64,000 nt of DNA from the human T2T-CHM13v2.0 reference genome, Homo sapiens, in assembly GCF_009914755.1 (NCBI RefSeq), contig NC_060947.1. One strand, 5' to 3'. This document shows positions 28,012-38,400 of this stretch, piece by piece; position 1 is the first letter of the stretch, and every line of letters starts with the position of its first letter. The translations under genes were made by a program, and so were the position numbers. The notes beneath the pieces were generated by a model, which saw only the letters and a list, made by a program, of their open reading frames with translations, did not search any database and was not told the DNA's origin.

Positions 28012-29389
28012 TGAAGGGATGGGTTGCCCCTCCACACCTGTGGGCGTTTCTCGTTAGGTGGAATGAGAGACTTGGAAAAGAAAGAAAGAGACACAGAGAC
28101 AAAGTATAGAGAAAGAAAAATAAGAAAAATGGGCCCAGGGGACCGGCGTTCAGCATAAGGAGGACCCGTATTATTATTGATCATTATCCAGCGTTTCCCG
28201 GAGAGGGGGATGTGGCAGGACAATAGGATAATAGTGGAGAGAAGGTCAACAGGTAAACACGTGAACAAATGTCTCTGCATCATAAACAAGGTAAAGAAAA
28301 AAGTGCTGTGCTTTTGATGTGCATATACATAAACATCTCAACGCCTTAAAGAGCAGTATTGCTGCCAGCATGTCCCACCTCCAGCCCTAAGGCAGTTTTC
28401 CCCTATCTCAGTAGATGGAATATACAACTGGGCTTTACACCAAGACATTCCATTGCCCAGGGATGAGCAGGAGACAGATGCCTTCCTCTTATCTCAACTG
28501 CAAAGAGGCGTTCCTTCCTCTTTTACTAGTCCTCCTCAGCACAGACCGTTTACGGGTGTTGGGCTGGGGGACAGTCAGGTCTTTCCCTTCCCACGAGGCC
28601 ATATTTCAGACTATCACATGGGGAGAAACCTTGGACAATACCTGGCTTTCCTAGGCAGAGGTACCTGCGGCCTTCTGCAGTGTATTGTGTCTCTGGGTAC
28701 TTGAGATTACAGAGTGGTGATGACTCATAGCAAACATGCTGCCTTCAAGCATTTGTTTAACAAAGCACATCCTGCACAGCCCTTAATCCATTTAACCCTG
28801 AGTTGACACAGCACATGTTTCAGGGAGCACAAGGTTGGGGGTAGGGTTACAGATCAACATCATCTCAAGGCAGAAGAATTTTTCTTAGTGTCAGGCCTCC
28901 GAGCCCAAGCTAAGCCATCATATCCCCTGTGACCTGCAGGTACACATCCAGATGGCTGGTTCCTACCTTAACTAATGACATTCCACCACAAAAGAAGGGA
29001 AAATAGCCTGTTCCTGCCTTAACTGATGACATTGTCTTGTGAAATTCCTTCTCCTGGCTCGTTCTGGCTCAAAAGCTCCCCCACTGAGTACCTTGAGACC
29101 CCCATTCTGCCCGCCAGAGAAGAACCCCTCTTTGACTGTAATTTTCCTTTACCTACTCAAATCCTATAAAATGGCCCCACCCCTATCTCCCTTCATTGAC
29201 TCTCTTTTCAGACTCAGCCCACCTGCACCCAGGTGAAATAAACAGCTTTATTGCTCACAGAAAGCCTGTTTGGTGGTCTCTTCACACGGACGCGCATGAA
29301 ACTTAGTACAGAACAAAATGGAGTCTCTTATGTCTACTTCTTTCTACGCAGACACAGTAACAATCTGATCTCTCTTTCTTTTCCCCACA
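28012..29389 (-). mobile_element. HERV-K(HML-2) solo LTR, LTR5A/B-type, interrupted by LTR7
   Basis: Minus strand starts TGTGGGGAAAAGAAAGAGAGATCAG and ends GGGGCAACCCATCCCTTCA; perfect 6-bp TSD ttacag (28006-28011, 29390-29395). Confidence 0.93.
28889..29301 (+). mobile_element. HERV-H LTR7 solo LTR (413 bp) nested in LTR5
   Basis: TGTCAGGCCTCCGAGCCCAAG...CGGACGCGCATGAAA; perfect 5-bp TSD cttag; TATAAAA at 29165, AATAAA at 29237. Confidence 0.94.
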
Positions 29390-30912
29390 TTACAGCACAA
29401 TCAAATTAGAACTCAAGATTAAGAAAGTCATCCCACACCAAACCACACAACTACGGGGAAATCAAACAACCTGCTCCGGAATGACTTTTGACTTTTGGGT
29501 AAATAATGAAATTAACAAAGAAATCAAGAAGTTCTTTGAAACTAATGAGAACAAAGACACAATATATCAGAATCTCTGGGCCACAGCTAAAGCACTGTTT
29601 AGAGGGAAATTTATAGCACTAAATCCCCACATCAAAAAGCTAGAAAGGTCTAAAACTGACAACCTAACATCACAACTAAAAGAAGTAGAGAAGCAAGAGC
29701 AAACAAATCCCAAAGCTAGGAGAAGACAAGAAATAACCAAGATTAGAGCAGAACTGAAGGAGATAGAGACACAAAAAATCCTTCAAAAATCAACGAATCC
29801 AGGAGCTATTCTTTTGAAAAAAAATAATAAATAAATAAAATAGAGCACTAGCTAGACTAATAAAGAAGAAAAGAGAGAATTAAATAGACAAAATCGGAAT
29901 GATAAGGGGTTATTACCACTGACCCCACAGAAATACAAACAACCATCATAGATTACTATATACACCTGTATGGACAAAACTAGAAAATTTAGAAGAAATG
30001 GAAAAAAATTCCTGGAGGCATACACTTTCCCAAGACCGAACCAAGAAATAATTGAATCTCTAAATAGAACAATAATGAGTTCTAAAATTGAGGCAGTAAT
30101 AAATAGCCTACCAATCGAAAAAAAAAAAAAAAAAAGCCCAGGACCAGATGGATTTACAGCTGAATTCTACCACAGGTACAAAGAGGAGCTGATACCATTT
30201 CTACTGAAATTATTCCAAAAAATTGAAAAAGAGGGATTTTTTTCTAACTCATTTTATGAGGCCAGCATCATCCTGATAAGAAAACCTGGCAGAGAAAAAA
30301 TAAAAATAGAAAACTTTAGGCCAAGATTCTTGATGAACATCAATGCAAAAACCCTCAATAAAATACTGGCAAACAGAATTTAGCAGCACATCAAATAGCT
30401 TATACACCATGAACAAATTGGTTTCATCCCTACGATGCAAGTTTGGCTGAACATATGCAAATCAATAAATGTCATTTGTTGCACAAACAGAACTAAAGAT
30501 AAAAAACATGATTATTTCAATAGATGCAGAAAAGGCCTTCACTAAAATTCAACATCCCTTTATGTTAAAAACTTTTAATAAACTAGGTATTGAAGGAACA
30601 TACCTCAAAATAATAAGATCTGTATTTGACAAACTCACAGTCAATATCACAATGAATGGGCAAAAGCTGGAAGCATTCTCCTTGAAAACCAGCACAAGAC
30701 AAGGATGCCCTCTCTCACTGCTCTGATACAACATAGTATTGGATGTTCTGGCCAGACAATTAGGCAAGAAAAAGAAATAAAGCATATTCAAATAGGAAGA
30801 GAGGAAGTCAAACTACCTTTGCTTGCAGATTACATGATCATATATCTAGAAAACCCCATCATCTCAGCCCAAAACCTTCTTAATCTGATAAGCAACTTCA
30901 ACAAAGTCTCAG

Positions 30913-31415
30913 TTTCATGAACGTCCGTGTGAAGAGACCACCAAACAGGCTTTGTGTGAGCAATAAAAGCTTTTAATCACCTGGGTGCAGGCGGGCTGAG
31001 TCTGAAAAGAGAGTCAGCAAAGGGAGATAGGTGTGGGGCCATTTTATAAGATGTGGGTAGGTAAAGGAAAATTACAGTCAAAGGGGGTTTGTTCTCTGGC
31101 GGGCAGGAGTGGAGGTCGCAAGGTGCTCAGTGTGGGAGATTTTTGTGCCAGGATGAACCAGGAAAAGGACTTTCACAAGGTAATGTAATCACTTAAGGCA
31201 AGGACCGACCATTTTCACTTCTTTTGTGGTGGAATGTCATCAGTTAAGGCAAGGACTGGCCATTTACACTTCTTTTGTGGTGGAATGTCATCAGTTAAGG
31301 TGGGGCAGGACATTTTCACTTCTTTTGTGATTCTTCAGTTACTTCAGGCCATCTGGGCATATACTTGCAAGTCACAGGGGATGCGATGGCTTGGCTTGGG
31401 CTCAGAGGCCTGACA
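30913..31415 (-). mobile_element. HERV-H LTR7 solo LTR (503 bp)
   Basis: Minus strand TGTCAGGCCTCTGAGCCCAAGCCAAG...CATGAAA; perfect 5-bp TSD ctcag (30908-30912, 31416-31420). Confidence 0.94.
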
Positions 31416-32750
31416 CTCAGGATACAAACTCAATGTGCAAAAATTGCCAGCATTTCTATTCACCAACAACAGGCAAGTAGAGACAAATCATGAATGAACT
31501 CCAAATCACAATTGCTACAAAAGAATACGATACCTAAGAATACAGCTAACAAGGAAAGTGAAGAACTTCTTCAAGGAAAGCTACAAACTACTCAAAGAAA
31601 TCAGATAGGACACAAACAAATGGAAAAAAAAAATCCATGCTCATGGATAGGAAGAATCATTATCGTGAAAATAGCCATACTGCCCAAAGTAATTTATAGA
31701 TTCAATGCTATTCCTATTAAACTACCATTGACATTTTTCAGAGAATTAGGAAAAAAAAACCTATTTTAAAATTCACGTGGAGACAAAAAAGAGCCCGAGT
31801 AGCCAAGACAATCCTAAGCAAAAAGAACAAAGCTGGTGGCATCATGGTACCCAACTTCCAACTATACTACAGGGCTACAGTAACCAAAACAGCATGGTAC
31901 TGGTACCAAAACAAACACATAGACCAATGGAGTAGAATAGACAACTCAGAAATAAGACTGCACAACTACAACCATCTGATCTTCTACAAACCTAACAAAA
32001 ACAAGCAATGGGGAACGGATTCTCTATTTAATAATTCATGCTGGGAGAACTAGCTAGACATATGCAGAAAGTTGAAACTGGACCCTTTCTTTACACCTTG
32101 TACAAAAATTAACTCAAGATGGATTAAAGACTTAAACCTAAAACACAAAACTATAAAAATTTTAGAAGAAAGTCTAGGCAGTACCATTCAGGACGTAGGC
32201 ATGGGCAAACATTTCATGATGAAAACACCAAAAGCATTTGCAACAAAAGCAAAAATTGACCAATGGAATCTAGTTAACTAACAAGCCTCTGCAAAGCAAA
32301 ATAAACTATCATCAGAGTGAACAGACAACCTACAGAATGGGAGATAATTTTTGCAATCTATCCATCTGACAAAGGTCTAATATGCAGTGTACAAGGAACT
32401 TAAACAAATTTACAAGAAAAAAAACATTAAAAAGTAGGCAAAGGACATGACCAGAGACTCCTCAAAAGAAAACATTAATGCAGCCAACAAACATTAAAAA
32501 TAGCTCAACATCACTGATCATTAGAGAAACGCACATCAAACCACAATGAGATACCATCTCACACCAGTCAGAATGGCAATTATTAAAAAGCCAAGGAACA
32601 ACAGATGCTAGCTAGCTTGCAGAGAAAAAGGAATGTTTTACACAGTTGTTGGGAATGTAAATTAGTTCAACCTTTGTGGAAGACAGTGTAGCAATTCCTC
32701 AAAAATCTAGGAGCAGAAATACCATTTTACCCAGCAATCCCATTACTGGG

Positions 32751-33288
32751 TGTGTTAGTCAGGGTTCTCTAGAGGGACAGAACTAATAGGATAGATTTAT
32801 ACATGAAGGGGAGTTTATTAAAGAGTATTGGCTCACAGGATAACAAGTTGAAGTCCCACAATAGGCCGTCTGCAAGCTGAGGAGCAAGGAAGCCAGTCTG
32901 TGTCCCAAAACCTCAAAAGTAGGAAAGCTGACAATGCAGCCTTTAATCTGTGGCCAAAGGCCCAAGAGCCCCCGGCAAACCACTTGTGTGAGTCCGAGCG
33001 TCCAAAAGCTGAAGAACTTGGGGTCCGATGTTTGAGGACAGGAAGCATGCAGCATGGAGGAAAGATGAATGCTGGAAGACACAGCAACTCTGCTCTTTCC
33101 AATTTCTATCTGCTTTATTCTAGCCACGCTGATTAGATGGTGCCTGTTGTGACTGGGGATGGGCCTGCCTCTCCCAGTCCACTGACTCGAATATTAATCT
33201 CCTTTGCAACACTCTCACAGACACACCCAGGAAGAATACTTTGCATTTTTTGATTCAATCAAGTTGACGCTCAGTATTAACCATCAAA
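32751..33288 (-). mobile_element. MLT2A1-type solo LTR (HERV-L)
   Basis: Minus strand T(T)TGATGGTTAATACTGAG...CTAGAGAACCCTGACTAACACA; perfect 5-bp TSD ctggg. Confidence 0.9.
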
Positions 33289-34122
33289 CTGGGTATATAC
33301 CCAAAGGAATATAAAGCATTTTATTATAAAGATACATGCACACATATGTTCATTGTAGCACTATTCACAATAGCAAAGACATGGAATCAACCCAAATGCC
33401 CATCAATGATAGATTGAATAAATAAAATGTGGTACAAATACAACACGGAATGCTATTCAGCCATGAAAAGGAACAAGATCATGTCCTTTGCAGGGACATG
33501 GATGGAGCTGGAAGCCATTATTCTCAGTAAACGAATGCAGGGATAGAAAAGCAAACACAGCATGTTCTCACTTATAAGTGGGATGGGAGCTGAATGATTA
33601 GAACACATAGACACATGGTGGGGAACAACACACACTTGGGCCTGTTGGGGGATGTTGGGAGAAAGGAGAGCATCAAGAAGAATAGCTAATGGCTGCTGGG
33701 CTTAATACCTAGGTGATGTGTTGATCTGTGCTGCCAACCACCATGGCACGCATATACCTGTGTAGCAAACCTGCACATCCTGCACATGAACCCCAGAACT
33801 TAAAAGTTGATGGAAAAAAAAAAATAAGAACTCTTTTCTATATGAGAGAATTAAGAAAAAGCAGACACACAAACACAGACCCGGGGAAGAAATATCCTCA
33901 GGGAAAACCTTATCAGTAATTACTTTAAAATGTAAATGGCTTAATATTCTCAAGTAATATAGATGAATAGAATAAAATTATGATCTAAATATATGCTGTG
34001 AACAAAAGACTCACTTTGGATCTAAAGACACAAAAAGGTTGAAAGTGAAAAGATGGAAAAAGATATTCCATGCAAATAGTATATTAGATTATTTATTTGC
34101 AAGTATTTTGTGTTTCTTGTAG

Positions 34123-34242
34123 GTGGTGAGGGCTGCACACTGGCAGCTGCCTGCTCAGTTATTGGTGTGGGCTCTGATATTGGTGGTAGCATTCGAATGC
34201 CTGCTTTCTTCAATGGTATATTTGGACACAAGCCTTCTCCAG
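34123..34242 (+). CDS. FAAH2: FAAH2 internal coding exon (exon 5, 120 nt, phase 1-1), encodes nucleophile Ser (S230)
   Basis: Acceptor tttcttgtag|GT, donor CCAG|gtaatg. Translates (G)GEGCTLAAACSVIGVGSDIGGSIRMPAFFNGIFGHKPSP(G), the amidase signature GSDIGGSIR. Not in the ORF track because it is short. Confidence 0.97.
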
Positions 34243-34369
34243 GTAATGTTAATATGATCAGAAGGGTGGTTCTACTTTTATAATTCAGAGCAATTCAGAA
34301 ATTTTGTTCTAGCAGGATTATCTTGCTTATCAGGGTGATTATTATATATTTCTCAATGTTCTTAAATAA

Positions 34370-34630
34370 AACTAGCTACTGTTTATTGAGCACCAACTCT
34401 GGGATTGGTGCACAAAATTGTGCAAGGCTTTCCTATAACTAATGTCTTTCAATAGTTATAATAGTTGTTTTTTTTTTTTTCAGAAAGTTATCCCCAATTT
34501 ACAAATGACAAATTCAAAGCTCAGAAAGATTAAATAAACCGGCTCCAAATTAAATAGTTAAACAAGTAAATCATAGTGCTAGGATTCAAACCTACTTGGA
34601 TTACAGGAGGCTGTTTTCTATCCACTGTAC
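34370..34630 (+). mobile_element. MIR relic
   Basis: ccccaatttacaaatgac...gctcagaaagattaaataa...ctaggattcaaacc. Confidence 0.5.
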
Positions 34631-35006
34631 TAAAATGACTTATCAGTTAAATTTGATTTTCCCTCATTTAAAGGGTAAAATAACACAGTTTCAGAAACAG
34701 TGGAAAGAAAAATTCTGTCACCTAGAAACTCCAGTTATTGGCATTTACTGTTTTTTCAATGAATTCAAGGAGTATTTATTTTGTATTATTTATGGTGGTA
34801 AGAATGTCAAAGCAGACTCCCTGCATTCAAGGAACTTAAAATCTTCTAGGCTTTCAAAAAGTGATTTAAAGGTAATATAAGGTAGTCTAATAAATATAAT
34901 TGTGGTATAGTAAAGCAGAATATTTTGAACTTTAGATTAATCATAAAAATATGCTAAGAATAAATCCTCATTTGATCATGGTTTTTAGGAATCAGTACTA
35001 TAACAA

Positions 35007-35385
35007 TGGTCCGTATACACCATGGAATGCTATGTAGCCATGAAAAAGAACAAGATCATTTCCTTTGCAGGGACATAGATGGAACTGGAGGCCATTATCC
35101 TTAGCAAACTAACGCAGAAACAGAAAACCAAATGTGACATATTTTCACTCATAAGTGGGAGCTAAATGTTGAGAACATGTGAGCACATAGAGGGGAACAA
35201 CAAACACTGGGGACCTTTCAGAGGGCAGAGGGTGGGAGGATGGTTAGGATCAGGAAAAATAAATAATGGGTACTAGTCTTAATACCTGGATGATGAAATA
35301 GTCTGTAGAACAAACCCCCATGACACGTTTACCTATGTAACAAACCTGCACATGTACCCCTAAACTTAAAAGTTAAAAAGAAAGA
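35007..35385 (+). mobile_element. Short L1PA 3'UTR insertion
   Basis: 3'UTR sequence ending taaacttaaaagttaaaaagaaag. Confidence 0.85.
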
Positions 35386-35464
35386 TAAATCCTAGCTCTT
35401 CATGACTTTAAAGAATTACGCACAAAAAGAGTACTGAAAATTGGCCTGCTAGGAGTTGACCTAT

Positions 35465-38400
35465 TTTTTTTCCCTTCCATATTTTATTCTACGTTCAGGG
35501 GGCACATATGCGGGCTTATTACATGGGTAAATTGTGTGTCCATGTGGTTTGGTGTACAAATGATTTCATCATTCAGGTAGTGAACACAGTCCCTGATAGG
35601 TAGTTTTTTGATCCTTGCCCTCCTCCCATCCTCCACCTTTAAGTAGGCTCTGGTTTCTCTTGTTTTCTTCTTTCTGTCCATGTGTACTCAAGGTTTAGTT
35701 CCACATACAAGTGAGAAGATGTGGTAGTTTCTTTTCTGTTCCTGTGTTAATTAGCTTAGGATAATAATGGCCTCTAGCTGCATCCATACTATTGCAAAGG
35801 AATATTTTATTCCTTTTTATGGCTGCATAGTATTTCATGGTGTAAAGGTACTACATATTCTTTATTCAGTCCACTGTTGATGGGAAGCTGGATTGATTCC
35901 ATGTCTCTGCTATTCTGAATACTGCTGTGATAAACATATGAGTTCATTTGTCTTTTTGGTAGAACAAATAATTTTCCTTGGAGTATATATCTGGTAATGG
36001 GATCACTGGGTTAAATGGCAGTTCTAAGTTATTTGAGATATCTCCAAACTCCTTTCCAAAGGGCTGAACTAATTTACATTCTTACCAACAGTATATAAGC
36101 ATTCTCTTTTCTCTGCAGCCTCATCAGTGTCAGTTATTTTTGGATTTTTTCAATGATTGCCATTCTGACTTGTGTGAGACAGTATCTCATTGTGGTCTTT
36201 ATATGCATTTCTCTGATGATTAGTGATGTTGATCATTTTTTATAGGTTTCTTGGCTGCTTGTACATCTTCTTTTGAGAAGTGTCCATTCATGTCATTTTC
36301 TCACTCTTTAATTGATTATTTACTTTTTGCTTGTTGATTTCTTTAAGTGCCTTATAGATTCTGGATATTAGACTTATGTTGGATGCATGGTTTCTGAATA
36401 TTTTCTCCCATTCTGTAGACTGTATGTTTACTCTTTTGATAATTTCTTTCGCTATGCTGTAGCTCTTTAGCTTAATTTGGTCCCACTTGCCAAATTTTCT
36501 TTGAAATTGCTTTTGGAGACTTAGCCATAAATTATTTGCTAGTCCAGTGTTGAGAAGGGTATCTCCTAGGCTTTCCTCTAGCATTTTTATAGGTTGGGAT
36601 CTTACATTTAAATATTTAATTTATATTTAGTTAATTTTTGCATATGGTGAAAGGTAGGGATCCAGTTATATTTTTCTGCATATGGCTGGCCAGTTATCCC
36701 GGCGCCATTTATTGAATAGGAAGTCCTGTTACCCTTGCTTTTGTAAATTTTGTCTAAGATCAGATCGTTGTAGGTTTGCAGCTTTATTTCTGGGATCTCC
36801 ATTCTGTTCCATTGGTCTATATATCTGTTTTTATACCAGCTTCATGTGGTTTTGGTTACATTAGTCGTACAATACAGTTTTAAGTTGGGTAAAGTGATTT
36901 ATTTGCCTTTTGTTTCCTTAGGATCCCTTTGGCTGTTCAGATGTATTATTGGTTCCATATGAGTTTTAGAATAGCTTTTTTTTTTTTAAAATTCTGTGAA
37001 AAATAACAGTATTTCGATAGGGATAACATTGAATATGTAAATTACTTTGGAAAGTATGGCAATTTTAATGATATTGATTCTTCCAATCCATGATAATGGA
37101 ATATTTTTCTGTTTGTTTCATCTCATATTTTTTCAGCAGTATTTTGTTGTTCTTTTTGTAAAGATGTTTCACCTCTTTGGTTAGTGGTATTTCTAGATAT
37201 TGTAGTTTTGGTGTGGCTATTGTAAATGGGATTGCATTTTTTATTTGGCTTACCAAGAATATTATTGAAGTGTAGAAATGCTACTGATTTCTGTACATGA
37301 ATTTTGTGTCCTGAAACTTTACTAAAGTCATTTATCAATTCCAGGAGCCTTTTGGGAGAGTCTTTTTGAATCATATTGTCAGCAGAGAGAGATTGACTTT
37401 GTCTTTGTCCTATTTGAATGCCCTTTATTTCTTTCTCATGCCTAAATGCTCTGGCTAGGGCTTCCAGTATTATGTTGAATAGGAGTGGTGAGACTGGACA
37501 CCTTTGTCTTACTGCAGGTCTCAAGGGGAATTATTCTGTCTTTTGCCCATTCAATATGATGTTGGCTGTGGGTTTGTCATAATTAGCTCTTATTATTTTG
37601 ATGTATGCTCTTTTGATGACTATTCTTCTAAGGTTTTTATCATGAAGGAATGTTTGATTTTATTGAAGTCTCTTTCTGAATCTATTGAGATGATTATATC
37701 TTTTTTTGTTTTAAATTCTGTGTATGTGGTAAATCACTTTTTTTTATTTGCTTATGTTGAATTAACATTGCATCCCAGGAGTAAAGCTTACTCAACTGTT
37801 GTGAATTAACATTTTGATGTGCTGCTGAAATAAGTTTGCTAGTATTTTGTTGAAATTTTTTCTGTCTGTATTCATCAGGGATATAGTCATGACTTTTGTT
37901 GTTGTGTCTGTGCCAGATTTTGGCATCAGGATGCTTGATTTCTAGAATGAGTTAAAGAGCATCCTCTCCTCAATTTTTTTTTTTTTTGGAATAGTTTCAG
38001 TAGTATTGGTACCAGGTTTTCTCCCTTCCCTTCCCTTCCCTCCTCTCCCCTCCCCTTCCCTTCCCTTTCTTTTTGCATTCCTGGTAGACTTCAGCTGTGA
38101 ATCCATCTGGTCGATGTCTTTTGTGCATTGGTAGGTTTTTTTTAATTACTGAATTAATTTCGAAGCTTGTTATTTGTCTTTTCAAGATTTCTCTTTCTTC
38201 CTGGTTCAATCTTCAGAGGTTGTGTGTTTTCAGAAATGTATCCATTTTTTCTAGATTTTCTAATTTGTGTCCATAGAGGTGTTCATAAAAACCACTGAGG
38301 ATCTTTTGTATTTCTGTAGGATCAGTTGTAACTTCACCTTTGTCATTTCTGATTGCATTTATTTGGACTTTTTTTTTCTTTGTTAATCTAGCCAGCAGTC

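Larger units (their letters stand above)
27717..33830 (+). mobile_element. 5'-truncated L1PA8-like element hosting four LTRs
   Basis: ORF2 remnants (ORFs 27701, 29481, 29970, 30469, 31844, 32072) are colinear across the inserts; 3'UTR and A-tail at ~33814-33824. Confidence 0.9.
25180..34080 (+). mobile_element. Ancient L1M (5' region, ORF1, ORF2 start), split by an Alu and by the 27.7-33.8 kb L1PA
   Basis: Decayed ORF1-like sequence 26.2-27.7 kb; resumes ~33.85 kb with ORF2 start-like atcagtaattactttaaaatgtaaatgg. Confidence 0.65.

Noticed and set aside
28889-31415. A single HERV-H provirus bounded by two LTR7s
   Set aside because: Opposite orientation, separate TSDs, no PBS or internal HERV-H sequence.
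38020-38070. (CCCTT)n-like polypyrimidine tract as a regulatory triplex/G4
   Set aside because: Short low-complexity expansion within L1, with no supporting context.
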